From: Sarea resinae
Lineage: Eukaryota
Length of the DNA: 64,000 nt
Direction: 5' to 3'
Assembly (NCBI GenBank): GCA_026026165.1
Contig: JAPEUD010000002.1
Coordinates: 62,001 to 126,000, forward strand
Both the position numbers and the translations under genes were made by a program. Shown in pieces: positions 24,729 to 37,765 of this stretch. Position 1 is the stretch's first letter. The number at the start of each line of letters is the position of its first letter. The notes below the pieces were generated by a model, which was given only the letters and a program-made list of their open reading frames with translations, ran no database searches and had not been told where the DNA came from.

Positions 24729-26838
24729 GAGAAATCTGAAGAGGCTTTCGCTTGTGCTCCTCTACCTCACAAATTGCTCGGGGGAGGGGGGGTGGCGAGG
24801 GGAGAGATTCAAGACAGGATCCCCAACGTCAGTAGAGAGGTTTTGCCGTTATCTAGATAGAATGGATGAATGAGAAGATGATGCTTGAACACAATAGTTT
24901 GACCGTACAATCTATTTCCCTTTCTCCATCGTTTGGCCATACCATTGTCTCAAAAGTAATCTGTCGTCGAGCTCTTCTATAGAACCTGATGGGCAGGAAG
25001 AGGGCTAGGAAGGATGAAGAACACTTCATTCTTAGACGGCCTCACCTGGAACTAGTTGATTGAGGATGATTATGACGCAGCATCGTAGCAATTTTTGCGA
25101 CCAATGCTCGGCGGAGTGGGTCAACTATCAGCCTGTCAAATTATGTGCACTCAAAGTCCGAGGATCGAAAGCCAGCGGAGCAGATGAGACATATAGCTGA
25201 CCAGGCCTAAGCCTCAAACGTGACCTTTTGAGAAACTGTCCGGATCAGCGTTGGTGAACAGAAAGGTTAAACAAAAAGGACAGAGGCTGACTAAGCCCAG
25301 GCAGGCCTTTGGGCTTGGAGAGGAGATGTCAAGGTATGCGAGTGTGGAACAGAGGAGAAATGAGATGCCGGATTCAAACATTGAGATGTCGTTTTTTTAT
25401 AGAAAGTTATAGTATTAGTTTTTCGTTAAATTATTGCTAAGCCAACCCTCACGCCACCATAGTCATTCACTATCGTCAGAAGGGTCTGGTTGGTCAAAAT
25501 TATTGAGTCGTACCTATCTACTGGCAATGGCTTCGGTATCATCATGACTGCAACGCTCCAGGTAGAACCCGGCCAACACAGATCGTTAGGTGTTCTTGAT
25601 ACAGACCGTGTCGTCAACGCTCGACTGACTAGCAAATCCATCGCTAAGCACGGCCTTTACCTGGCAGTGGATAAAGCGGTGAAATAGCCAGTCCCTTATT
25701 GCCTGCTTGGAAAGAGATATACGACATGATGGGCTTTGCCGGACTGATGAGGCCTTTCGAAAAAGCAACAATCATGCTAGATATTGAAAAGGTCCTTGTA
25801 GGAAGTGAAAGCCGCACATACAAGGTCCGTATCTGATTCACGCACCCCGTTGTCGGACTTGACGATCTGCATGATGACTCTGTGGGACAATGAACCTATA
25901 GGCCATGCATGTGCTCGTGGATAGAGCTCAATTGAACCACCCGGCGTCAGCAAGAGCAGATTCACACAGCACCAGGGCTAGAGCCCACAGACAATAGGAA
26001 GCAGACAATACAGACAGTGTAACCTCCTAAGTAGACACGCATTATGTTATAGTGTGTGCGGTCAGGGCACCTTTTGCGGGGTGCCAGATTCACTCTTCGT
26101 AGGTGAATGAGTTGAGACCTCTCACAGGGAGAAATATATTCTGCGCAGTTTCCTTAATTCAAATATCTGCTGACTTATCGCCCACCTCTGGAAGACTCGA
26201 TTCCCATCCAATACAAGCATTGTTTTGAAGATAGAATGGGGGAAGACCATTTGGAAAATTGTGGGAGATTCGCTACCTTATAAGAAGCCAGATACCGTAC
26301 GGAACAGCATTGCGAGTTGACAGAAGGACTGCATCTCATCATCAGTATTCTCTGGCGTCTCGAGAAGGCTCTGACACTGTTCTGGAAAAGGGCTTGGGCA
26401 AAGCAATAGCATTTGACTTTCCACGGACCAGACCGCCTCGGAGAAGAACTCGCCTGTTGACGTTCAACTGACCGTCTAGGACTTCTGGCCGGCGATCCGA
26501 AGAAGTCGGTCGAATATCTCGAAGTGCATTTGTGCCTTTCCTGCTTGGATCTCAACAGAGCGTTGGCGTTCTTCCGTTCCTCACAGCATAGGTTAGCCCC
26601 CCCCCCCCCCCCCCCGGCCCCCCTCCCCGTTTTCCGAGACAATTGGCTGACATGCTTTTCGCAGCCAGATCAATTTAAGTGACAGAAAATCCTACCAAGA
26701 ACAACGAAACCTCACTGCTGGCCCAAGAAAGTCCACCTTCTTATAGCTTCGAATCAAGCGGCAAAATCCAGATCAGGAATTCACGTTATACGTTCAGACG
26801 TCGTGTGAGTCAGAAGACCTCGCTGGACAAAAAGCAAC

Positions 26839-27417
26839 ATGTCATACACATTCTCGAAGACATGGTCCCCCAGCGGCAAAGAAATGGATAACTTCTTCGC
26901 GATCCAGTCAAAGCTGAGCGACATAGCTCCAAACTGTGAAGCCATGTCGTGGAAGTTCCAGGACTGGCTAGCGTTCCGGGTCGGCATTCTCGAGGAAGAG
27001 AAGATCGCCATGGAGCGGAAGGCACGTCTGATGAATGTATCGGCAGGTAAACCGGACATTCGCCCAGCATTCGGAGGTCTCATCTTTGATCACAGTCGAG
27101 GTGCAGTCCTGTGCTTCGAGACGATCTGGTGTAGGTGCTCCATTGAAGATGAGAGAACCTCAGCCCCGTGGCCTTCTTTTCTGGAGATGAAGTGGGAAGG
27201 AGATGATCGCGCGGAGACAGGCTTTGGTAGGTTCCTAGGAATCCCGAGAGAAGTTGCAAATGAGACTGTGGCGTGGCATCAGTTGAAGAGCGCAAAGATC
27301 TTGGAGTGGGATAGGGTCTGGCCTATTCCTCAGGTTGAAGGTATGCCGGCGGAAATCGACGAGTCGGAAGGAACGCATTGGCTTGGACGTGAGCTCTTGG
27401 ATGAATTGATAGGATAG
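26839..27417 (+). CDS. Hypothetical fungal protein; 5' end uncertain and possibly decayed
   Basis: 192-aa ORF with a protein-like C-terminal block (WPSFLEMKWEGDDRAETGFGRFLGIPREVANETVAW). An upstream intron-like segment at 26592-26664 (GTTAGC, poly-C, CTGAC, CAG) suggests further 5' exons, but the in-frame upstream sequence contains TGA codons. Confidence 0.5.
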   Translation: MSYTFSKTWSPSGKEMDNFFAIQSKLSDIAPNCEAMSWKFQDWLAFRVGILEEEKIAMERKARLMNVSAGKPDIRPAFGGLIFDHSRGAVLCFETIWCRCSIEDERTSAPWPSFLEMKWEGDDRAETGFGRFLGIPREVANETVAWHQLKSAKILEWDRVWPIPQVEGMPAEIDESEGTHWLGRELLDELIG

Positions 27418-27866
27418 GAAAGCGCGTCAAAGACAGGTAACAGTCGTGGGATACGATGCAAGGATACAAAGAGAGAAAGCTGCATTGGGTTACGAACGAG
27501 ACGAAAATGATCAAGAGCATGGGAAAGAGGAGCGCTGCTGCATTTGCTTTAGAATACTTTGTGTTGACTGAACTTCTTCTGATCAGTTTCCTGTGGGCGA
27601 AGTTGGCGATTATAGATTTTCTGCTATTTACCTTTGGCTGCCATCTACACGAATAGATATTTAGATTTTCAATACAGGCATTCCACTCCCTCGTCGCGGC
27701 AGCCTTCAACGTCAGATCCACATCAGGTGGGCCTTCGTGACCTTGGGGTGAGTGTTGACGGAAGTTGGATCGAGGTTGAAATACCTTAGCAAGCTACTAT
27801 GTAGCTGTCGGACATGTCTGAAGCGAATGCCGAGAGTCATTGCGCCTTCCAGCCGCGCAGGGAAGA

Positions 27867-28157
27867 AAATTGACGGTCCTACAGGGGTTGGGACCGTCAA
27901 TTTCTCTGAGACGTTCGACGAAATTGTACTGAATACAGGTAGCAGAAACCGACAAAGCCGCATTGACAGTTTTTGAAGGTTTTTCGTCGAACGTCTCACT
28001 CAGAGACCGACGGTCCTTCGGCCCATACCTACCTTATACTTTGACTCTTTTTCGTCGAACGTCTCGCTCAGAGACCGACGGTCCCAGCGTATGTTCGCAC
28101 CATAAAATTTGTATGAGACCGTTCAATCGATTACTGCTGAGACGTTCGACGAAAAAG
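27867..28157. repeat. Nested direct and inverted repeat cluster
   Basis: 37-nt direct repeats at 27980-28016 and 28048-28084 (one mismatch). Inverted partial copies at 27891-27923 and 28137-28157. A 13-bp hairpin at 27867-27879/27891-27903. Confidence 0.85.
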
Positions 28158-28322
28158 TTCGAAAACTCTCCTCGCGCACGTGACCATTCCACTCTGTTCT
28201 CGAGCCTTGTATCCCCCCACCAAGATTAAATCGCATCTCGGAAACGATAACCCCGCCACCTGAAAAGCAAACCACATATCGGACGGCGCTCAGCTTCGAA
28301 AGCCGAGAGAAAGTCCGCCATC

Positions 28323-28631
28323 ATGTCTTTTTACGATGAGATCGAGATCGAAGACATGACGTTCGACCCTAAGCTACAGATTTACCATTTCCCCTGCCCA
28401 TGTGGTGACAGATTCGAGATCGCCGTCGATGACCTGCGTGATGGGGAAGAGGTAGCCGTATGCCCGAGCTGCAGTCTCATGATCAAGGTCATATTTGAGG
28501 TGGTAAGTCTGAGCTTTCCTTGATGGCCATGCCGATGGCCTGATCACTGATTTATTCGCCGCGCGCAGGGCGACCTACCAAAACCCGAGGAGAAGGAAAA
28601 GAGTCAAGTGCCTGTCAAGGTGGCAGCATGA
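28323..28631 (+). CDS. DPH3: Diphthamide biosynthesis protein 3 (CSL zinc finger), 2 exons
   Basis: YDEIEIEDM...[11 protein letters not shown]...[10 protein letters not shown]; intron 28503-28568. Confidence 0.95.
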
Positions 28632-29194
28632 AGGAAAGAGGTGGGCGGGGTCTACGCCTTTGAAGATATTGAGGAGGACGATGACGGGATCTCGACGCAA
28701 GACGGCATCTAAAATCAACCGTTTCTTCGGCTCCTTCACTCCTCCGCCGGCTATATGCACATTATTGGCCGGCATACAAAGAGCCGGATGTTGAGACCAA
28801 TCATGGGGTGAAAGGTTCACACTGGAGACGTGAACAGAGATAGAGAACAGCAAGTACTGTTTTCACTGGCGAAGTAGCAGTCGCCGAGGTCAATAGCCGT
28901 GGAGGCGGAGAAAATCGACCGACACCTTTACCTCAAATGGATGATGCTAGATGAAAATCCAGCGGTACGGATCAGTCGATCTGGGCGACAATGTGGCGCA
29001 CCCGGTATGAACCACTATAGATACGGTTCATGTCGCTACACTCAGCATCTCTCAGGATGGAGACTAGGATCAGGATCCACACAAACGGCCAAGCCTCAAA
29101 TCATCATGGTTGCTTGAATCATTATCCATATGCAGCTATAGAACAGTCATGAATCATATCTCTCTCGTATACTCTGCCGCTTCAATTTCCCCTC

Positions 29195-29955
29195 TCACAT
29201 GTTGTCCGTATCAAGCGACAAATCAATTCCCAATTCCTTCCTCAACAGTTCAGACATCGTACTGCCATCCCTTAGATAGACCCAATCGCCTTGTCCACAA
29301 CCCTCCTTCTGATGCATCGATTCTCCAGTAACGACCCAATCGTAGCGCTTTGGGCCCGATAGTGGGGAGCTGAGCCATATCTGCTTGTTTGGAGGCTGCT
29401 TATTGATGACGTATGTTCCCGCGGGGGGGAAGACAACATTCAAGACGCCAGCCTAGGTGCCAAGGGTTAGCAATGGAAACAAGGCTCTAGCCAACTAAAT
29501 GTAACCCTCTGCGACGCTCTCCAATCCCTGGAAGCAAAGAATCACCACAAGCAGTTGGTTTGACGTACGCTATATTCGACATCCACCTCCTCCCTCTGCT
29601 CCTGCAACTCCTCCAACCTGCTCACGAGCTCATCCATAAACCCATCAGATATCTCATGGTATTCGTCAACACTGATGTTTGCCGGTTCGGCGATATGCTC
29701 AGACTCGAGCGGAGCTTTCGGCTTTGGATCAGCGGACTCGGGACTAATGCCTTTGTACGCGGAGCTGCTTGAGCTGAAGAATCGTGACGTGGAGCAGGTT
29801 GATGCAAATTGGCAGGGATGAATCTGGAGAAGAGATCGCGCACGAGAGACGGTAGAAGGTGTGACGCGCAGATGAGTGGCTCTGGAAGGGGCTGCTCGAT
29901 TGGCAGAGCGGCGGAGGGCTAGCTTCGCAGCGTGAGAGACGGGATGGGGAATCAT
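29195..29955 (-). CDS. YFH1: Mitochondrial frataxin, 2 exons
   Basis: Arg/Ser-rich presequence, then DVEYS-AGVLN...[28 protein letters not shown]; intron 29568-29453. Confidence 0.95.
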
Positions 29956-30306
29956 GGTGTGGACTGTTTCACGGGCAAAACAAGTGCTCGTACTGCTGAA
30001 GAGATGCAAGTGCTGGTGCTCCAGATAGCATAGAGACAGGAATAATGAAAGGAGTTGAATTGATCGGACACGGTCACGGCATTCGAGTTGTTTTCCGTCT
30101 CGCCTACGGAGCTGGAGAGCTACAGCTACAGCTACCCCACGGCTCTACCAGCCTGTAACTCCGCTTGCCGGGTAACCAACGTCTCAACATCCCGTCAAAT
30201 AGGGAAGAGTATCAACTGACGGTGCATGCGCCAGTGTCAAGCACAACGTTGAATCAACTCTCTGCTGGCAGCTCCAGTTCCTACCTGGAACCAATCGCGC
30301 GCAAAT

Positions 30307-30985
30307 ATGATCAACGCCGTCTTGGTATTCAATAATTCAGGCCAACCGCGCTTGACGAAGTTCTACACTCAGCTGGTATGCGCTCGGTGATTGCCATCGG
30401 ACAATACTTTGGACTGATAACCATGGCTGCTCCAGGATACCAGTGTTCAGCAACGACTAATATCGGAGATTTTCACCCTTGTCTCCCATCGTCCTAACTC
30501 TGCCTGCAATTTTCTTCCGTATGTATCTTCAAGGCCATAGGGACCGTCTTGCTAATCGAGACAGTCTCCCACCTCTCCTCGCCAACTCCTCGAAATCAAC
30601 GTCACCTTCCGAACCGCACAATGATCTTCCTTCTCTGGTCACCTACCGTCATTATGCAACGCTCTACTTCATTGTCATATCCACCTCTACCGAATCACCT
30701 CTGGCCCTGCTAGACTTCATCCAAGTCTTCGTCGAATCCCTCGATCGCTTGTTCGAAAATGTCTGCGAACTGGATCTGATCTTCAACTTCGAGACCTTGC
30801 ACGCAGCTCTGGGGGAAATGATCGTGGGTGGGGTAGTGATCGAGACCAATCTGGACAAGGTCGTCGAAGGAGTCAAGGGTCAGGGTCGGGTGGCCAAGAG
30901 ACCTGTAAATGAGAGCAGGTCGAGTGGTGGGATTGGGCTTGGTGGATTTGGGAGAGGCGCAGATCTGGTTTGGACTGGCCGATGA
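30307..30985 (+). CDS. APS3: AP-3 adaptor complex sigma subunit, 3 exons
   Basis: MINAVLVFNNSGQPRLTKFY...CNFL...YRHYATLYF...ESPLALLDFIQVFVESLDRLFENVCELDLIF; introns 30376-30435 and 30519-30564. Confidence 0.93.
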
Positions 30986-31905
30986 TGCAGACAGATATGC
31001 TAGCGCTTGTGGCATGGGATAGGACTTTGACGGACGGGAACGATCTAGGCACGACAGCAATTGTGATATAAGAGTCATCTTCTTGGCGGAAGAGCATGGC
31101 ATGGCGTTGGGATTCTAGCTGGAAATAATATTCATCTCCTTGGCATGATCACTTCATTGCTTTTGCGCTCCTTCTATCAGAATGTGAATGTGGATTCCTA
31201 GCAGCGCGCTCAGGAAAGCGCCCTCTATGATGTGTATTACGGCATGGGCGTACTCAGGCGGTGTAATAGCAAATGCAAGCGATAGACAGGGGTCGAGATT
31301 ACTCACTGCCTGCCGACCCGAGAGCTGTAGAGTACTCTAATCTTGAAGGTACATGTGCGCACGCTAAATTTGTGCTGCAAGTCATGTATTCCGTATCGAC
31401 GAGCCAGAGCTGCAATACGCAGTACTTGGAATTAGAGGGACAGGGGGGGGTGTCGACGGGTGCAAGCAATCATTGCCGTCTTCGTACCACCACGAATAGC
31501 TGGAGATGGACCATTGACGACCTCTGGAATACCGTGCCTGGCTGTGTTTGTCTTGACTGTCTCAATGCAGTCCGTCTGCTGCTCATACATGGCCTTTCCC
31601 TTCAGTCATCGAACTCAGATGTCGAGAGATATCAATAGCCTACGGAGGCGGCGGCTTTAAATACAGCACATTTCAAACTCGAACAGCTTCAGAAAAGGCT
31701 GGCTGGACCCGGCGGATGTCGAATTTACCACGCCATCTCGATGAACCTCTATCGTAAGACCATCGATTCAGCTTCAATCAATCATTCACGCGATACCGCA
31801 CGGATGTCTGCAGCCGAATTCCCTTCCAGCCCTCAAACATGAAGATATGCTGTAACAGCCAGCACCGCCAGTCCATCGTTTTGATATATTGACCAAGCAG
31901 ATACT

Positions 31906-34900
31906 ATGGCGCAACGAAATCCAAACGTCACCGTCCAGCTGGCCTCTCCAACGTCCTCTGCTGGCACCGCATCACCTTCAACATCCGGGAAATCAGGTGG
32001 TTCTCCTCGCCGACAAGCCGACCCTCTTCTCGACGACCTTTCACCATCCACGACTCTAGAGGCGCTTTCGGCTACGCCAGGCTTCCCTGCGGTCTCTGGC
32101 AAGCGCTATGAGGTCTTGAGGGCAAGCATCGAGAAAGCATCTCCTTTTGAGAAGAGTTTCGGTATCCGGGCCGCGACAGTGGGGAAGCAGCTGAGAGAGT
32201 GGTGCGAGGAGCTAGAAGGATGGGAATGGGATGGAGGATTCGAAGTGCCTAGCCCGGACGAGCGGGTAGCAAAGAGACGCAAATTACACAACCAAGACGT
32301 GGGCAACGACGAAGAGCTAGAGCAAGAAGAATACTGGGGTAGCCTTCCGACTCGATTGATAAAAGAGCGAGAGGATAGGATTGAGGACATCAGACAAGAT
32401 TTGGAAGACCTTGATGTCGATGAACTCAAGGAGCATGCCCTTGATTCACACATACCGTCGAGGTCTAGGCCCTCATCTTCATTTTCACAACAATCGGAAC
32501 CTCCTCCTTTCGGAAGCCCGCGATACATCCACCTTCATGATTTTACAGCCCTCGTCACCGCGACCATCTTACAAGCATTACCATATCTCTCCCGCCTCAA
32601 TAGGCTTCTCAGCACTTGGACAGTTCGTTTTGAGGTCCTTCAGGAAGTACCTGGCTTCCTAGCTAAGCTTGAAAAAGCTCAAATCGCAATGCAATCTGGT
32701 TGGAATGCTATCAAAGCCACTGATATCTCGAAAACTGAAGCGGTCTTTGAAGGGGCAAAGGATGTCGAAACTACATCCGACCTAACCAGAGAAGGTTTTC
32801 TGGCCATTCGAGGGTATCTAGAGAACGAGGTGATGATCCTAGGTCGGAAAATGGACGGCATGCTCGATGCTCTAGAAGGTAGAGAAGAGACGATTCCTGA
32901 CGCGTGGATTGATGCAATGGAAGATGTGGAAGCAAGTTATGGCAGTTGGGTTGTGCAAGCCGAAAGAAAGGTCTTAGAGAATGAGTGGAGAGATCAGCAG
33001 CGTCAGGAAGAAGAGCATCAACGTCAGCTGTTGCTTTCTGCTACACCAGTGGAAAACCCCCCAACTGATACTGGAGAACACCCATCACATTCAGAAATCA
33101 TCGAGACTCAAAAGGATGCCAAGCCCAACGACGATGCAATAATCGAGGAAAACGATACCGCCATTCAGCCAGAAACAGAAAACACAATTCCTGAACCCAA
33201 TATCATTGCTTCTACGAACATATTCAATACGAGCGAGGGAGATGATATACCGAACCAGGACATAGCAGCAGCCGCAGACGAAAATATTGCTCAGTCGAAT
33301 ACACACCAAGTCGATGAACAAGACGGCGCAAGTGACTTGAAGACTCCGACCGAAAGTCCGACTAAGCAAAACTTTCTCTGGCCCTTCATCGACGACACGT
33401 CACCTCAGAGGTTTGAAATACCTGATTATAAGCCTGTTCTGGGCAATGATGATGCCGATTTTTCCGAAGATTTACCTACTGTCCAAGACCAGTCTAATCA
33501 GCAAGCAGTTGGAGAAAAGGAGCTACTGGACGACCAGTCAACAGAAAACAGAGATTGCGAGGGCACACCTTCCTCAAAGATCGACGGGGTCACAGAGCCA
33601 TCTTACTTGTCCCAAGGTCTTACTGAATATCCTAGCAAAACATTAGATGAGCCGGTCGAAACCATCATTCAGGATACGGCGTCAAAGATGCCACGCGAAG
33701 AACATAGAGACGAGGATAGTAACAAAGCGCAAGATCCTGAACCAAGGCTTTTCAACCAGCGAGAAGTGCCTTTAGCACCACCTTTAGCGCTGGCTGCAGA
33801 AGTCGAAAAAGCTCCGGAGCATGAGGGAGATTTTAATAAGCTTCCTGACATCAGCGCAAAGTCACACTATTCCACGCCAAGTGATGTTTCTCAACCCCAG
33901 GGAGGTGTTACCTCTATCCCGGATAATGAAGCGGCCATAATCCCAAAAATGTCACCTGTTCAGGAAGCTATTGAGGAGGATAATTCCATCGACAATGCAA
34001 TTTCGGGGAGTGCATCGAGGGAGCCAGAGCATTCTCTAGCCGAGTCCGGCTGTAGCGATAAAGACCTGTCTTTAGCAGACAATGGTCAGAAAATCGTTGC
34101 GGACAGTCTCGACAGCGTTGATGTTGTTGAGGACATCCTCACATCGATCTCCCGACGGTCGAGGTCTCATTCTAAGGTTTCATCATGTCCTTCGGATCTA
34201 GAGAACATTGTGGATGCCGTCAAAACAGAAGAGTTTGTTGCGGTCTCGCCTTCCGAGAACATACCCGTCACATCAGGATCGCCGGTTCGTAGCCCTCTCA
34301 GTATGATTCCTGCAGGGCATATATATCAAAATAAACCCCAGTCCCGGGATGATCTCGTTTCGTCGGAGCATGTAAACAGAAGAGAGAATTCGTCGGTTCT
34401 CAAGTTCCCGGCAGTCAAAGAACAGACGGCAGACTCCCATTCGACTAGTCTTGCCGCGTCTTCGCGTGCACTCAACGCTGCAACACAAGCCATGTGGGAC
34501 GAACACACTGAAATCCCTCGTAAGATCAACGGTCTGGAAGATCCGCCATTCATTCGAAAGCCTAGTCTTGAATCGCCTTGGAGTTCTCCGTCCTTACATG
34601 GCTCAGATAAAGATGATGGGGATTTCGAATCCATTCAGGTACCCTCTGCGCATACGCCCAAATTAGCTTCCTCGGGGGTCCCGGAAGCGAGAGACCTTGG
34701 TATCACCACGAGCGAAATCACTAGCACCTTGGATGGGCCAGAGTCACCAAAAGTCCCTTCGAATGAGCCATCAAGCCCCTATTCATGGAGAAGAAGATCA
34801 CAATCAGATGACAACACCCCAGCTTCTCCAGCCTCCCCAGTGTCGAATCTTCGATATCGCTCTCAGTCGACAGGACCACTGTCGCCTTCTTTTGATCAAT

Positions 34901-36731
34901 TGGATACCATTAATGAGAGCAGGTCGGCGACGCCAGAGCGCCCGACCGGGGAGCAGACCATCTCAGATTCTTCAAGTCCATCTAGCGTAGTAATCGCAGA
35001 GGCCGTAGCGGTTCCACGCGCTAGACCAGTCCAAACGACACCTACACACGATGGAAAGAAGTCTGTGGATCATAACCCAGCTTCCGAGCTCTCGGTGAAT
35101 GAATTATTTCAGTCTACTGCCGGAGAAGAAGATGAATTTCCATTCTACTCGTCTTCGGACTTCCTCCTTGGCAATGGAGGTCAGGCTGAACCTAATCCAT
35201 TTGAATCAGACCTGCAGGAATCCAAGGAAAGTGGGGAAAGTGGAGAAAGTGACGGTACAGGTGGAGCTACTAGCTCTGAATTGAGAAGAGCGTCTGTGGC
35301 TTCTATCGGAAATGTTTCGCGAGGAGAGGTGAGTGACAATTGAGAAAACATCCTTTAATGACATTGACAATTGGCTAGGTGAAAAGCATCGATATTCGAA
35401 AGAGTCCTAGCACGTCCTCAATAATTTCGACACCTGCCTATGAACAACAAGAGAGCTATAATGTACAGACACCAGATGATCCCTCCTGGGAAGAGCAAAC
35501 GGGAACTTTCCAGTCTGCTGCGGGCTTGAACGATGGTGGCAGGTGGGAAATGCCGGATGAAGATTCTCCTATGGTCCGTCATTCGGAATGGCGAGCAGAG
35601 AAGGCCAGAGGTTCAACCTCCCCATCTGCACTGGAGAGGCCGAAAGGTCGACTTACAGAAATATTGGACCAAGAGAGTCCAGTAACCGTAGGAAAGCCCA
35701 GGCGAAGACTTTCCGAGCCAAATCGTTCAACTTTAGCGGTTGATACTCCAATAACATCGCCAACAAAAGGTAACACCGAAAATGCAGACGAACATCTGGA
35801 ACAACAAATCAGTGAGATTTTGACCACGCTTCCTGCTCGGATTCGATTGACCTCGGGACCGGAGGCCGATGCACCAGAAGTCCTCTCGCCAAAGGGTGCT
35901 TCGGCAGGCAGAAATCTGCGTCCGATACGTAAAGCCAGGGCTTCACTTGGGAGTCCAGCTTTGACACTCGCCCCAGCATATGCAAAGAACTCACGTCCTC
36001 GTCTTCGATCTAGTGATCCAGACATTAAACTTTACCATCTCCATCGTCCAGGGAAAGACGTTCCAACAAAACTATATGTGCGATTGGTAGGGGAGAACGG
36101 CGAGAGAGTCATGGTTCGTGTGGGCGGTGGCTGGGCAGACCTAGGAGAATACCTCAAAGAATATGCCAGTCACCACGGACAGAGATCTATCTCCGAAGGC
36201 CATTTCGACATCCAGGGTTTACCAAAGAGAACTTCCATTGCATCGCTTCGAGCAAAGGCAACCGGGAGATCCACACCTATTAGTAGGCCAGGCTCTGCGC
36301 TCGGGCGGCCTACGTCGGCGCTTGATCGACCAGCATCAGCACTGAGCGTCCGCAGGACTAGACTTTCCGAAGGAGCAGTCCTCGAACCCAGCGGTCCTCG
36401 GCCCAAGACACCGCAGCCACAACCGACGCAGCCTACAACGCCTAATCCCAACACATTCAGACTTTCCGAAGCCACTCCTCCATCGGCTACCTCAAGTGCC
36501 TCCCTGCGATCATCCTCACGTCTCTCATGGACCGACGAGGACCCTGCGCTTGGTCTTGCAGGTCCAAAGGGTAAGAATGTGGAGATATCGAGGGAGAAGC
36601 AGGCGTGGGTTGACACGGTGGTCGGAAAGGTGCGACGATCGAGCGCGGAAAAGAAGACTGATTGGGGTGATTTGGGTAAGGCGGGTGCAACAAGGAGGGT
36701 TTATATGCGGGGGAATACCAATGAGGAATAG
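31906..36731 (+). CDS. Large low-complexity protein with a C-terminal GAS2/GAR microtubule-binding domain, 2 exons
   Basis: GAS2 signature KLYVRLVGENGERVMVRVGGGWADLGEYLKEY. N-terminal helical region. Intron 35329-35378 joins the two ORFs in phase. Confidence 0.88.
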
Positions 36732-36999
36732 GCAAGGGTATCTATAGTCACGACTTTGAGCGAGCATTATGTTTCGCATTTTCATGAGGGAGCATAGCGT
36801 GGGATATTATTTTACTGTATGGGTCTTCATTGTGTGCTATAATACAAGGCAAAACAAACGTTCTGTCATATACCCGCTAGGAGTTGGACGTAAATAGCCA
36901 GACATAATGTACAATTACGGGAAGTGACGCTTTACTCTGAATTTGACCTGTGACATATACAAAAATGGACTGGACGCTGCATGAACTCCTAAATCGTTT

Positions 37000-37465
37000 T
37001 CAAGACGACTCATTGGTGCGAGGCGTCCAAAACGAGCTCACTTTCTGGTGGTACCAATTGCGAACCTAAAAAGGGTCAATTTGATTTTCCTTTGGGATAT
37101 CACATAGGATTACATACCCCTTGGAACGGGGTCGATTGCTGTCCCCAATCCATGAAGAGAACGCCGTACACAAGGACAACTGGATCTCATTAGTTGACTT
37201 ACAGAAATGGATGGGGAAGATACGTACAAAGCATACTGCCATACTGGGCTAATTTGACACCTTTGATCCACGTCTCCCTTGAGTATCGCAGCTTTGCCCG
37301 CCGGCGATATCGTCGTTCCAGCCGGAATTGATGCTTCGGGGAGAGTTTGGCAAAGTCTGGGGGCCAGAGGTGTTTGGCCTTGTACGGATTTCTATGGATG
37401 TTGAAAGGCGTGGGGGTATGCTTTGGTGAAGATGCCGCTGCCAGGCGGGCTATTGTGGGCCACAT
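37000..37465 (-). CDS. Small conserved fungal membrane protein, probably mitochondrial, 3 exons
   Basis: MWPTIARL...NPYKAKHLWPPDFAKLSPKHQFRLERRYRRRAKL...FVLVYGVLFMDW...VRNWY. Canonical introns at 37227-37180 and 37117-37066; TGA at 37002-37000. Confidence 0.75.
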
Positions 37466-37765
37466 ATCAAGGGAATGATCCAAGTCGATGAACAGCAATA
37501 TCGAGACCGTTTACATGTTGACTGAATCTGGACCGAACCTCGTGATGTCGATATGTGAAGACATGACGGTGAAGCTAAAGATTGGTGGTTGCTGACTAAG
37601 CCGACTTCGGATCCCATCCCCCACCATGCCCACCATGACTCAAAATGGGCGTCGAGAGATTCTTATGCGACGGAAGATAATGAACCTTTGAACGCTTCAC
37701 TCGGCCAGCGTCACATCACCCTCGATATCTTGGCCGCCTCTGGATTGACGGTGCCAACACTCAAA

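Noticed and set aside
24900..26590. Short ORFs that might be gene remnants
   Set aside because: No recognisable motifs or consistent frame, so I cannot support a call.
27980..28084. 37-nt repeats with a 31-nt spacer resembling a mini CRISPR array
   Set aside because: There are only two direct copies plus inverted copies, the genome is eukaryotic, and no cas genes are present.
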